Assembly (NCBI GenBank): GCA_977862235.1
Contig: OZ374558.1
Location: forward strand, 186,001-250,000
Reading direction: 5' to 3'
DNA: 64,000 nt
Source: Dudresnaya verticillata
Taxonomy: Eukaryota
The notes beneath the pieces were generated by a model. It was not told where the DNA came from. It did not search any database and saw only the letters and a program-made list of their open reading frames with translations. The position numbers and the translations under genes are program-made. Each line of letters begins with the position of its first letter. The first letter of the stretch is position 1. Of this stretch, positions 47,342-60,400 are shown one piece after another.

Positions 47342-48145
47342 ATGTCCACGAGCTGCCTGAACAGGCGCTGCCGCGCGCCGGGCGGCAGCCCCGAGCGGCG
47401 CACCGGCCCGGACGGGTTCGGCACGCTGTGCATCCCGTGCAGCCGGCTGTTCGCCACGCACCACATGATCGTGTACCAGAACCCGCGCACCGGCGCCACG
47501 TCGGTCAACAACCACTTGGGATGGCGCGCCATGCGCGTGGTCGGGTTTGGGACGAAATCTCGCCGCTGCGGAGATGAAGAGGGGAGCGTGCGCGACCTCA
47601 GCAGACCCGTACTCAAGCCGATGCCGCGGAGGAGCTTGCCTGAGAGGAGGAGTGTTGCTACCAGGGCTGATGGGACTGTAGTTGTTGTTGATGGTGACTC
47701 GGGTAATGGTGCTGCAAGTGGGGGGAGGGAACGGGGGCTTTCGAAGGGACGGGTCGAGAAGCTTAGAAGTGCTGGCACGTGGGAAGGAGCGGGTGTGACG
47801 GATACTGGTGGGACACAGTCGACGTCCAGGGTCGGGGCTCGGGATCGGGGTTGCGTTGGTTCTGCTACGGCGGGGTGTGTCACTCTGATAGTCAAGGCAG
47901 AGTATTGTGGGCAGCTTCTGCGTCGGCGTGTTGCGTTGGATCAGGGGTCCACGATGTGGGGGGTTCGAAGGTCAATTATGAGGCTGTTTGACATCCGCGA
48001 GGCCATAACGATTGCGTACCGAGACGAAGATGGGGACTACATTGCACTGACGTGCGACAAGGATGTGCGGGAGCTGGTACACGTTGTCAAGAAGGCCAAG
48101 ATGAGTCATTTGTGGATGAGGCTGGAGAGGCTGCCTCGTTGCTGA
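47342..48145 (+). CDS. GATA-like C4 zinc finger + PB1 domain protein, 267 aa
   Basis: C-x4-C-x19-C-x2-C with RTGPDGFGTLC. The C-terminal PB1 domain has the conserved Lys (IVKAEY) and the OPCA motif YRDEDGDYIALTCDKD. The ATG lies in a GCCACCGCCGATG context. Confidence 0.8.
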   Translation: MSTSCLNRRCRAPGGSPERRTGPDGFGTLCIPCSRLFATHHMIVYQNPRTGATSVNNHLGWRAMRVVGFGTKSRRCGDEEGSVRDLSRPVLKPMPRRSLPERRSVATRADGTVVVVDGDSGNGAASGGRERGLSKGRVEKLRSAGTWEGAGVTDTGGTQSTSRVGARDRGCVGSATAGCVTLIVKAEYCGQLLRRRVALDQGSTMWGVRRSIMRLFDIREAITIAYRDEDGDYIALTCDKDVRELVHVVKKAKMSHLWMRLERLPRC

Positions 48146-51100
48146 GGGGCTTGGGGAGAGAGACAAACTCAACTGGAACTGTGAACTTGGCACGGGGGAG
48201 ACATAAACTGCAGGCACGGTGTGCGTGTGGTTACGGAGGAGGGGAGATCTTCACTTTACTAAAAGCATAATCAGCAGGTCCAAAGGAGCCGAGTCCAAAG
48301 GAGTCTGATAAGCCTGCGACGGTCAGCGCCAACAGCAGCGAAGGGCAGGACGAAGCTGACAAGGCGAGTGAGGAAAGCTTTTCGGCCAAAGGGTTCGTGC
48401 GCTCCGTAGGCAATAATGAAGTCTCAAAGCAGTGGGCTCCACTGCTCTCCTCGCCGCGCACACCTTACAACGGCACACGCCCCTGGACCGGCGTTTCGCC
48501 GAGGTCGGTGCAGCTCCACAAACGCCGTTTTCGAAGCCATATGGCCCGCTTTCCCCGCAACAGCACCGCGGACAGAAAACGCCGGGAAATAATTTGCAAA
48601 TACAGCTGCGCGTCCCGCACCTGCACACGCGGGACATCGCGCCGCGGCCAGGCGGTACCTTCCGCTCCGCTCCGACTGCGCGCGCACACCGCGAGATGTG
48701 TGAGATGTGTGTGATGTGTGGTACCGTAAAAGCGCCGCCGGTCCGAGCGCCGTGTAGCGCCGGGCGCCAACCGACCGACCGACTCGGCGGCTGCGGCGCA
48801 AAGGCTCAGCGCGGGTTGCGTCGGGCTGCTGCCGACCGCGACGGACCCTTCTCGCGGTCGAGTGTTTGAACGCGCTTCGCGTCAATGGCGGTGCACCTCG
48901 AGCAGCGCATGGCGGGCGATATGCCGCCAATGCCGCGTCCAACGGGCGCTCGCTGTTTGCAGAGCCTGCCACATCCCATATTAGCGGCGTTTCCGACGCC
49001 AAGGCAGACGCCGCTAACGTTCCCTCATAGACCGTGACTGCTGTGCACCCTCGCCTCCCTTACCACCGGGATGCGCAGCGCGAGGTCCGACATGTAGCGC
49101 GGGGCAGACACGCCTGTGGGATATGTCATCCGTGGAAGCTCCGCCGTTGCTTGCGGGAGCGGGGCAGCTTTCCGGTCTCCGTGAGAACTTTGCCTGTTGT
49201 GCCTAGCGGTCCTACAGCGACTTGATTCTCTCCAGTTTCGGAAGCTCTAGTCACGGACAGCGTGCAACACCATGTGGTGTGGGGAACGAAGAGGATGTGT
49301 GCTTTGTTCGGCTTGGATTGTTTGTTACAATGCGCGGGGCGGAGGTGGTACCGTCTGTACCAGTTGGGGATAGTGGGCGCGTTTCGGGCGCTCAGTAGCT
49401 TTGGGCGGCAGCACCTCCAGCGGCGCGTGAGGAGGTGTGGGTTGTGCTGGTGGTGAAGGAGGAAGGGGGCGGTAAAGGAGCGCCGCAATCGCTGCTGCGT
49501 CCGGGCATTCGGCGCATCGGATGCACCAGCGCCGTTGAGACATTCCTGTCCTCTTCGCTGCAAGAGCACAGTCCCAGGCGGGCGTCCAGGCGCCGGGAGG
49601 TGCTGCACCAGAAGTGAGGAAAATGGCAGTGTTCGAAAGAAGTTCTTTGCTGTAGCACCGCGGACAGCGCCCGCCTCAAAAGTAATTTCAATTAACGGTA
49701 TGTTGTTTACATCTGCACGCGCTGAAGGTAATCCCCGGCGGCCCCGGATAGGAAATTTGGAGCCCCGAAGGTCATCTGATCAATCTCGTTTGCTCTACGA
49801 GACGAGTTGAATTGAGGCGTGTTGATTGCTGTAGCTCCTTAACAAGGAGAGGTGGTCCATTACTTAGTGCCGTACGTAAGGTAAGGCACGGCGCCCCCGC
49901 AAGGGCTAACGCAACTAGGTTCAGAAGGATAACTTCGAAGTTGGCGGCGATTGATGCCGACGGCAACAGACGGAGCAATTAAAACGTTGGACGGCGGCTG
50001 AAGAGATACTTTCTCAGCAACAGGGGAGTTGTTCTTAAGAACAAGGAAGTTTGCAATTCTTTGGACAGCAACCTGGCAACGTGCGAAATGCGACCCGACA
50101 GTAGATGCCCTTGACCATGGGTCCGTGCCAAAGCAGCAAGTTGTGCACTTCAGCTCCTGACGCGAAACAAGTTGATGGACGGCCGGAGCTTCGTAGAGCT
50201 CCCTTTCACCTCGTCAACAGAGTTACCCCCTTCTCTCTTGGATGACAACGGGGGTGTCTTGCAATCTCAACGTCGAGTTGTGAAGCGACTAGAGGAGAAT
50301 GCTGATTGTGAGCAAGCAGACGTTGCCGGCTACCTGCGCACGGTGACTGGCCATTCTGTGCCATGCAGGCGCGCGACAATCAATGGCCATCGCCGCCACG
50401 GTCTGCCTCCGCATGTGCAGGTACGTGAATATCTGCACTATTTCCTTTTATTTCACGAGGGTCCCTGTCCTCGGTGTTGCTCCCTGGAAACTCGACCCGA
50501 GCGCGTCTGACAGTACGATTCTGGCCTTGCACCAACCCTGCCCCACGCGTCCTTCGTGCCGGTGTGCTATTGCTAGGAACATTGTGCCGTCAGAAATTCT
50601 GTACAGTTCCCGAAGCGTCTCTCATGCTATCCGCTTGCTCCATCAAACGAGACCAACGAGCCGCCGTCTTGCCACTTTCCCTCATGCAGAGCTTCCCCGC
50701 CAGACAGAACAGTGTAGTGGCAGGACAGAAGCGGTATCCGAGCGAGTCGGCAATCGCAACAGAGCCGAACGAGAACCAGCAACCTCTGTGACACTCTAGG
50801 AATGTATGAGACGATGATGAAAGGAGGGCGCAATAGCAGGTCCAGTCCCCAATCTTCGAACAATCAAGCAAAGGACAACAAAGAGGGCCAATACAACGGG
50901 CGACGAAGAAGGGCGTTTATCCAGAGACCAGACAGCTCTACAGCTGCTCAAACGTGTGAAGCGAGGAGACGCGGCCCAAAAGCGCTGTATTGGGAAATCT
51001 TGGTTTAGTTCATCATGCGCTTCTGAGCTGCAGAAGAGCCCTGGGCTTGGAGACCTCTAAACAAGTCATAGCCGGATGAGCTCGGATTGTATCCTGCTGA

Positions 51101-53845
51101 AGAGCAGCCGCGGTTATTTGACGAAAATCAACATAAAGTGTATGGCATGGATGCCGCTCAGCGAGACGGTCAGGGATTCAACACTAGTGCGGGCTCACGT
51201 CACATGCAGTGAACAGCTCTACCATCAGCCATCGCCGGCAGCCACTTTACCGCAGTGCACATTTAGTTTCTCTGCGGAGAAGAACTCTTCCGTAATGAAA
51301 TAGTTACAATTACGGAGAGAGAGGTGCTGTGTTCTGCAGTACATTAAGGAGAGCTTGCGTCCTACCGAGGACCAAACCTAGCACAACCCAACAAAAGATA
51401 TTGGTTCAAAGCACAGTACCGCGAACATAGACTGCTTCTTGGTAGTATTGGAAGAACCCAGGACGAGGAAAGGGGTACTGGTCTACAGGCGGTCATGCCC
51501 GCTGGCAAAGAGAATGGATTAGAGGGGATGGATGAGCTCCCAGTTCGTTTGGAAGGAAACCCCGTCCGCACTTACAAGTTGGTTCTAGACACTCAAACCC
51601 ATTCACCAACTTCGAAAAACGTAATCCGTGTGTTGTAGTCACGGCCCCAAGTCTGCGTCAAAAGATTGGGGCATGTTATTCGAGCAATCCACCCCTTGCG
51701 TGGCCCGGCTACCTGTCACCCCACACCTGGTAGCACAAGAGGCCTTTGCCACTGGAACGCAGAACATGGGACGATTGATTCTGTTTCTTTTGCGAATAGG
51801 GCTATTCTTTGCATTGGCAACTTCGTCGCCACCTTGAAAGGCCCGATCGATTCCCGTAACTGTACGCATTGCCACCTGCTTCCCCCGGTACCAAGCCCTC
51901 TTCCCGCACCACCGTCATCTCCGTCTCCATCGTGGTTTGTACGAATGCACCCAGTTACCATGCGACGCTTACAGGTTCTTAGTCTGTGACATTCAAGCGC
52001 CTGAGAAAGCAATCGGAAACCGTTACACAACAAGTTTTCTCCGAAGAGAGATAGGTCCTGTTTTGGACCCTTTGGGAAGAACGCGAAATCAAAACCACCG
52101 AAGTTCGGATGCGATCGGGGATGGATGAAAGCTTCGGGGCACCGAATTTCCTATCCGGGGCCGCCGGGGATTACCTTCAGCGCGTGCAGATGTAAACAAC
52201 ATACCGTTAATTGAAATTACTTTTGAGGCGGGCGCTGTCCGCGGTGCTACAGCAAAGAACTTCTTTCGAACACTGCCATTTTCCTCACTTCTGGTGCAGC
52301 ACCTCCCGGCGCCTGGACGCCCGCCTGGGACTGTGCTCTTGCAGCGAAGAGGACAGGAATGTCTCAACGGCGCTGGTGCATCCGATGCGCCGAATGCCCG
52401 GACGCAGCAGCGATTGCGGCGCTCCTTTACCGCCCCCTTCCTCCTTCACCACCAGCACAACCCACACCTCCTCACGCGCCGCTGGAGGTGCTGCCGCCCA
52501 AAGCTACTGAGCGCCCGAAACGCGCCCACTATCCCCAACTGGTACAGACGGTACCACCTCCGCCCCGCGCATTGTAACAAACAATCCAAGCCGAACAAAG
52601 CACACATCCTCTTCGTTCCCCACACCACATGGTGTTGCACGCTGTCCGTGACTAGAGCTTCCGAAACTGGAGAGAATCAAGTCGCTGTAGGACCGCTAGG
52701 CACAACAGGCAAAGTTCTCACGGAGACCGGAAAGCTGCCCCGCTCCCGCAAGCAACGGCGGAGCTTCCACGGATGACATATCCCACAGGCGTGTCTGCCC
52801 CGCGCTACATGTCGGACGTCGCGCTGCGCATCCCGGTGGTAAGGGAGGCGAGGGTGCACAGCAGTCACGGTCTATGAGGGAACGTTAGTGGCGTCTGCCT
52901 TGGCGTCGGAAACGCCGCTAATATGGGATGTGGCAGGCTCTGCAAACAGCGAGCGCCCGTTGGACGCGGCATTGGCGGCATATCGCCCGCCATGCGCTGC
53001 TGGAGGTGCACCGCCATTGACGCGAAGCGCGTTCAAACACTCGACCGCGAGAAGGGTCCATCGCGGTCGGCAGCAGCCCGACGCAACCCGCGCTGAGCCC
53101 TTGCGCCACAGCCGCCGAGTCGGTCGGTCGGTTGGCGCCCGGCGCTACACGGCGCTCGGACCGGCGGCGCTTTTACGGTACCACACATCACACACATCTC
53201 ACACATCTCGCGGTGTGCGCGCGCAGTCGGAGCGGAGCGGAAGGTACCGCCTGGCCGCAACGCGATGTCCCGCGTGTGCAGGTGCGGGACGCGCAGCTGT
53301 ATTTGCAAATTATTTCCCGGCGTTTTCTGTCCGCGGTGCTGTTGCGGGGAAAGCGGGCCATATGGCTTCGAAAACGGCGTTTGTGGAGCTGCACCGACCT
53401 CGGCGAAACGCCGGTCCAGGGGTGTGTGCCGTTGTACGGGCTGTGCGCGGCGCACTGCGCAGCGCTGTGCGCGACGCGGTGAGGAGTTCAAGCAATCGGT
53501 AACCGCACACTGTTCCTGCAGTTTGCGCTCTTCGCCAGTGCCAAGTGCGCGGTTCCAGCGGAGTTCTCGTCGCGGATTTCGTGGACAACTTCTGTTTCCA
53601 TTGCCGTTCCGGCTCTCTTCGCTTGCAAACGCTAAGGGCCCTTCTCCCAGAGAACGCGGACCGGTATTGTTGTGCACTGCCTGGTGGCTACACCTGCTTG
53701 CCGAAGTCACAGTCAGTGGAGTTTTCTTTTCATTCTGTAGTTTGGAGGCAGCTTAGTAGAGCTCCGCGTTACCCTCTACAAAGTTCCCTACTCACTTCAT
53801 GTATCAACGTCCTAATTGCTTCGAGTGCTGCTGGCACCTGCTGAC

Positions 53846-54769
53846 TCAATCGCCTCGTGTCCCCAACCTTCCCAAACAAACAGGCAGCCTCTCCAGCTTC
53901 ATCCGCAAATGGCTCATATTGGCCTGCTTGACGACGTGTATCAGCTCCCGCACATCCTTGTCCGACGTCAACGCAATGTAGTCCCCATCTTCGTCCCGGT
54001 ACGCCATCGTTATGGCCTCGCGGATGTCAAACAGCTGCATCACCGCCCTTCTAACACCCCAGATCGTCTCCGCCTGTTTCAACACCATGCGCCGACGCAG
54101 CAGCTGCCCGCAATACTCGGCCTTGACCGTAACAGAAACCCACCACATCGCACCAGTCCCAACACCGCCCTCATCCCGACCCTTCCCACCACGCGATGAC
54201 TGCGTCCCACCAACTCCTTCATCGCAACCCTCATCGCGAACCTTCCCACCACGTGATGACTGCGTCCCACGAACCCCTTCATCACAAACCTCATCGCGAA
54301 CCTTCCCACCACGTGACGACTGCGCCCTGCCGAAGCCCGCCAGGCCCGTTCTTCCCCATTCCGCAGCCTGTCCAGCCCCACCGCCCTTCTGGTCCTCGGC
54401 ATCCACGCCATCATCACCCGAGTCATCATCAACTACAATAACACGCCGGGACATCCGGACACCAACTTGTCTCCGCCCGGGCACGCGACCGTGCAGCGAC
54501 CACGGCTTGAGAATTGGCCTGGCGAGGTCCCGCACGCTGCTATTGCCCCGGCGCGTCCTCCTCCCAAAGCCCACGGCGCGCATCTCGCGCCACCCCGACT
54601 GCTTGTTCACCGACATGGCCCCCGTGCCTGCGTCCTGGTACACCGGCTGAAGCCCCGCCGCGAACCGCCGGCTGCACGGCACGCACAGCGTGCCGAACCC
54701 GTCCGGGCCCGTGCGAATCTCCTTGCCGCCCGGCGTGCGGCAGCGCTTGTTCAGGCAGCTCGTGGACAT
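53846..54769 (-). CDS. GATA-like C4 zinc finger + PB1 domain protein, diverged paralog, 307 aa
   Basis: C-x4-C-x18-C-x2-C; PB1 VTVKAEY...YRDEDGDYIALTSDKD; the linker contains 20-aa repeats. Confidence 0.8.
   Translation of the reverse strand: MSTSCLNKRCRTPGGKEIRTGPDGFGTLCVPCSRRFAAGLQPVYQDAGTGAMSVNKQSGWREMRAVGFGRRTRRGNSSVRDLARPILKPWSLHGRVPGRRQVGVRMSRRVIVVDDDSGDDGVDAEDQKGGGAGQAAEWGRTGLAGFGRAQSSRGGKVRDEVCDEGVRGTQSSRGGKVRDEGCDEGVGGTQSSRGGKGRDEGGVGTGAMWWVSVTVKAEYCGQLLRRRMVLKQAETIWGVRRAVMQLFDIREAITMAYRDEDGDYIALTSDKDVRELIHVVKQANMSHLRMKLERLPVCLGRLGTRGD
54168..54325. repeat. 60-bp coding tandem repeat (~2.6 units; QSSRGGKVRDE...)
   Basis: ACCTTCCCACCACGTGATGACTGCG recurs at 60-bp intervals, in this paralog only. 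Confidence 0.9.
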
Positions 54770-56206
54770 CGGCGGTGGCGGTGGCGCCCGGAAGTGACAG
54801 GTTGGTGATACTGAAGCGGTGCAGGTGGGCGGGCGGGGCGTGTCGACGGCGGGGGCTGCTGTTGTGGGTGGAACGGGTTGCGGATTGTCGCCCGCCGCGC
54901 GGTTTTCGCGCTCTTCTTTGGTTACCGGAGACAGAGACTCGGTGCGGCAACTATTATGGGCCCCTACCGAGTGGGGCGCGTCTGTGGCATTGCCGCAGTA
55001 CTCCCGTGGCATACGGCGGTACGGCACTGGTTCCAGTTGCCGAGGCGTTGTGCTTCGCGTGTTGCGATGCTAGAGCCAGAGGGGATCTAGCTGGGCTGAC
55101 TGAGCGGGCAGCTTTTCGTGACAGCTGCTCCAGCAAGACAGCTGTGAGGTGGGTGGATATCGCAGCAACTTGGTCTCCCGTAGGTGTCCCTGTACCAGAG
55201 CTAGCACACAAAGAATAGCCCTACAACGCAATGCAGACGGAGAGGATTAGAGCATACGGCGGTATGCTGCAAGGCGAAAGAAAGTAGATGGGTAAGCAAT
55301 GGCAATTGCTCGGAAAGCGGGGTTGGGCACTTGTTCTCGGCAAGCAAGTTGGCAAAGGTCTGAACCCCTAGCTTGAACAACAGAACCAATGAGACCATGC
55401 TCAGTCCCATCGGATGGGGGATCGAAGCTGTGAAAAGACTGCGTGGAAGCCCGAGCCATATCGAGGCCGTTACCCGCTAGCCCAAAGGAAACCTCGGCTG
55501 TCGAGAGTTTGGCTTTCCCCAACTCTCCAACATGCAAGACCAGGAACCCGCATGCCCCGCGCGGAAACTCGGCGCCCTACAAGCGAACTTCACACAAACT
55601 ATCGTTTCCGGGTGCAAGGCTGATCGGCGTTAGCTCTCTCTTGCGACGGTCGACGGATCGGTCGCTGCTGTCTGAAGGAAAAGCTGTGCCATAGCTGTGG
55701 CGGCAATAGCACACGCCTCGGGAGGCGCGCTGGGACCGGTCGGTGCAAGTCCAGAATCGGGCTGCCTGGCGTGCTCGCGGAGGTTTTCTGGTAGTGACAC
55801 CAAGGACAGGGACCAGTGTGAAAATAACAGGAAATATCGCAAATGTTCGGGTACGTGCACCTGCGAGTAGACTCGGTGGCGAATGTCATCGGATCAGAGC
55901 ACAGCACTCGCCTCGCGCCTGCACTTCTCCCTCACTGACCATCGTCACCGTAAGGTCTCGCCATTCGTTGCCTCCCCGGCGCCTCTTCGGATGCCTTGCC
56001 CTATGTCGCTCACAAAAGAATCGTGGTACTTCTTTGAGCAGCAAAGTCAGCATGGATAGATAGATAGATAGATAGATTACCGTTGTCGTCCGAAGGCTAT
56101 GAAACGGTAGTACAAAAGAATACTTTACTAACAGAATATCCTACAGCCCGTTTGGGGGGCAGAGCTTCTACCAGAACTTGCGCTGCGGTCACCCAACTTG
56201 CGGCAA

Positions 56207-57410
56207 CTACTTGTCCTTGGCGAAAAGTTGAACCATAAAAACTGTGTGAGTGTCGCCGCAAAGACCAACCGCACAATATTTCCAGTCTCGAGAAATCATT
56301 CGATGTCTTCCTGGGTCCGTGTTCTGTCGCACCTCATAGAAAGAATGAACCCCGATTCTGTTTGATTGAATACCTCTAACGTTACTGTTCGGCATATACC
56401 GTTTTTTGCAGTTCAGAGTAGCAGGAATAGGATAGAGACAATGGAGAGTGGTTAGCATTACTTTTTCACCGTCGAGTAAGGATTTGAATTCGGAAGAGAA
56501 TAGTTGGTGCAGGGGGAACTTACACTCTGATAGCGTTCTGGTGATGGATGTTATTAGAAGGTTTGGCATTTGTAAAGTCCTCGTAGAGCTCTTGGCATTT
56601 CCGCTTTGCCAACATTTCTAGTGCTCTACTCCAAATCACCTCACTTCTTCCATGATCGAAACGCTCAATGTTCGTCCTCCGAAACACTTCCATGGCTTCC
56701 CTGACCTCTTGGTCATTTCTAAGAGGAATTGGCCCCACCGGTAGTGAAGTGTTCGAACTAAAAGCAGTCTTGTGACTCTGACTCGCCTCGGGTTTCCTTG
56801 GCGTTGCTTTGTGTCGATACTGCCTTGATTCTGAATTGAGCGACTTGCCAGCAGGGTGCGATTGTGCAGTCGCAGGAGTGCGGGAAGATGGCACTGTCTT
56901 TCTTACGTGATCTCGATCCTTTTTGTGCGACGAAGCGCCACGGTAGGATGCTCGCTCCCCTATCGACAGCGGAATAGCATCTAGGACACTCCTCATAACC
57001 TGTAGACCGACTTTCATCGCTGCTGAGGACGCGAGCCATGACTTGGTGGAAGTAACGGTATTGTGAAAGGAAGAAGAAGGAGAAGAAGGGGATACTTTTC
57101 TGTTGTTCGTCTTGGCACGGTACGAGGTGGCCTCACTGCGTTTGTGCGGTTTGGATGCATGCGTTTTCTCCAACGGGGAACTCCAGTTGGAAGTCTCATT
57201 GTGGCGAGGAGAGGGCTTCTTTTTGCTGCCTGGAGCAGTGCAATGGCCCGCTATGAACGTGGATCTAAAGTTGGATGATTGGTATTTTGAGCTGGAGGGC
57301 TGTCGAGCATGGCGATACTCGTTGCGCGATGACGGTCTCCCACTCTGCGCCTTCTTGAGGCGGCGGTCATGCTTTGCTTCACGGTCCTTTTGGGCTTTCG
57401 AACGGTCCAT
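56207..57410 (-). CDS. CAP/SCP-like domain protein, second copy; intron 56385-56523
   Basis: The exon 1 translation is identical to the 44706 copy and the splice signals are the same. A 1-nt indel between the copies falls inside the predicted intron. Confidence 0.75.
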
Positions 57411-60400
57411 GTTGGCGGGTGTGGACTGTTGCAACGCGAAGGGGGAAGTGGCGAAAGTGTTGGACGCGGGGGGTGCGTTGAGTGGTGGGTACGTGTGTGT
57501 GCTTGTTTGCAGCTTGAGACAGAGCGTTGTGGTTCTCGAAAGCGATGCCGCCCGGACAGATTGATGGGAGGCATGCCGCAGGAGGCATTAAGTAGGACTT
57601 TGGATAGGAGGAAGGCGAGGATGATCTGCCCGACGCTGACCGACATGTGCATCATCGGAGTGATCCATTGCTCAGAATGTGGTGACAAAGATTGCTCAAC
57701 AAAACTTAGAGTGCGCTCGCCTCGGCGCGTGATCATTTTGTCTTATTTCCGAAAAGGTCTACAAATTGAAAAAGCCGCACGCGATCAGCTCTATGATGTC
57801 AACTCTCTTATTTTTCGTGTGCCGTCTTCGAGTAAAATCCATCGCACTATAAATATAAAAGAACATGTTCCGCGCTTAGATTCCAAGGTCCTTCGGGTAG
57901 AAACATTACCCGGCAGTGCGCAGTGTTCTGTGCAAGGAATTAAGCATATCCTATACGTCGCGCCTTTTGTAATAAGAAAATGCGTTGTTACACTTTATGG
58001 GGTCTTCATAGAGTTGATGTTCTATTTACAACGCTCAGCGTTTGAAAATGTTTTGCCGTGTGGATGATTATTTCTATATAGGACTTATTTAAAGTGCGCC
58101 TCATGTTTTCTGCAAAGAAGCGCGCCGCTGCCAACCTCCGATACGTTCAAATACAACCACTTCTGAGGAGCACATGGGACGTAAAGTTGCAGGAAAAGCG
58201 AGTCAGATTTATACATAAAAGTATGCATTACTTTTTTTTTAGTAATATCCCCTCATTCCTTAATAATCATATTGGACAATAAAAAGATGTATTATATACC
58301 CAGAAGGGCTGGTTTCAAAGGTATTCAGTAGGGCAACTGGAAAGGGTGGAGAAAAGAATATTAATGCCAGGACGTATAGACCGAATATCTGAGATGGTGG
58401 TCCAATTTATTAGTTGTTTAAAGTTGTGCTCAGTAATTAGCGTAATTAGCGCAAGCAATAGAGAGTAACTTTAATCAGAAGAGCAATATGGGAGATAGGT
58501 CGCCCCGTCGTGTATAGGTTAAAACATACAAGGACAAAGGCAGTATATAAGAAAGTCGGGGGCTGGGAAGGAGGGCACAGGAGAGTTTTTATCGTCGAAG
58601 GCGGCCTGAAGAGCTACAATCGGATGACTTGAAGCATAAAATCTTCTCGATCAACATTTGATTCATACTCCAAAAAGTGCTCCGTGACGCGGAATGTGAG
58701 TGGTAAGACACACAAATAGCAATGAGTCCGGTGAACAAGTCTCAACGCCTACATTGCGTGTGTGAACAGCTTTGACGGGTTATGCAATGCCCTCTGCCAA
58801 CGCACACAGCCAACGGCATACTCGATTTACAGAGGGGGGGCACATTCCCTGAAGATGGACCCCTTCTCCAGCATTCCGCACCATTCCCAAACCATTGTGA
58901 CATGCAAGAAACGAACAAATTCTCGCAGACCAACCCGCAGACGATATCAATGTTGTTCCCATCACGGGGCAAGCGCTCATGCCGACGCACCATAGCTGGG
59001 AACACAAAAACTATGTAACCGAAAGGACCGGTCACCCTGGGAAGCTACACTTGCTTCACCCCCGAGAAATTCGCAAAGTCCTTCAGACAGAAGGGGCTGA
59101 CGCATAGCAGTCCATAAAGGTTCTCTCTCTTTCCCGTATCAGTTTCTGCTGGTTCTCTTAATTTAGCGTTAGCTATGCCCGGAGCGTCCTACAAGTATTT
59201 CAATGCGTCCCAAGAGTATGTATTAATTGAACTCTAAATCAGATTTCGTAGCTACGAGTCAAGTCATTGTAGAAGCGCTCCTATTTCTTTTTAAAGCGAT
59301 ATCACCAAAAGGAGGATAATAGCTGATTATTAATCTCCATTGTACCGCAATACGTTTTGAAAGTTGGAAAGGCTGATTGCAATACTTGCCCTTTCCCGCA
59401 GCGGATCGCGTCGATTCAAACTGTCTACATCGTCATCCTCACAACTTTATTGAAGCAAGACAAACTGTCTACTGAAGCGAGAAAGAGGTCCCTCTACGGT
59501 TATGCAGAAACTCAGCGAAGGAAATCTGCCAAGTTTGCTGACATCCTAAGCCGGACGGTAGAAATCGCTCTTGCACAGGGAGTGCGTGTTCCGTACGTTG
59601 GGTTTGCCGCCTCCCTGCACGGGTTGGCAAACCAGCAAACAACACGACGGCCCGGCAGCGAGGCACAGCACCTCCGTCAAGTAACTACCGCTCTCGAATG
59701 AGGACTTTTGCCGGAAAGGTTGGCATTGCACGTAATCCCGGTGCAATGCACTGTGAAGGAGCCGCCTCGGCAACGGCTCTCGCCATCGCCTCCAATGCCG
59801 CTCCACCCAGTCCACAGTCCACAGCAGCAATCGATACCACAGCCGCACAGCATGCAATGACGCATCAATGACAGCCTTAACAACCGCGGCAGGATGCTAC
59901 GTCGACTGCAGCTACGATCTTTGCTGAAACTGCGACGTTGCATTGCTATCGATATCACACCGGCAGCAAACCTGCAACGCCCAACTCGCTCTCCCCTGTC
60001 GGTGGGAAGAGCCCGTCCACGTTCTGAAGATTGACGAAGATGCCGTATAGCGTGGACATGGAGCGTTGCTGACTGCGTGCGTAGCGCTTGGCATCAACGC
60101 AACGCACTGCTGCCTGTCGTTGTGGCCTGGGGTCTTCTCACTCAAGTCCCGACCGTGCAATTGTATAAAAGCAGGTAGGTAGCCGCGGCTCAGCTCTTGC
60201 AAACTACACAGCCCAGCTCCTCATCGCCAAGTCCCCAGAACCAGCGCCTGAAGAACCTCAAGATGCCCTTCTCTCTCAGCAGAACGCCCGCCCCGTGCCC
60301 CACGCTTTCCCTCTGCGTTTTTTGAGTAACACCGCGTGCACCGCAGGACGACGTGGAGCGCATGCTTCGAGACAGCCCATTGGATGGTTGCAACGGCGGC

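Larger units (their letters stand above)
43335..49770 (+). repeat. Left arm of large inverted repeat
   Basis: Reverse complement of 52132-58895; identical or near-identical ORF translations appear on opposite strands. Confidence 0.95.
52132..58895 (-). repeat. Right arm of large inverted repeat
   Basis: Reverse complement of 43335-49770. Confidence 0.95.

Noticed and set aside
48466..53436. DNA transposon with 1.3-kb TIRs
   Set aside because: There is no TSD or transposase, and weaker homology continues outward (48172-48235 versus 53500-53560). It is the inner part of the larger palindrome.
48400..53500. Many 60-220-aa ORFs in the inner arms and spacer
   Set aside because: They are overlapping GC-rich frames with no recognisable domains, and their duplication is explained by the inverted repeat.
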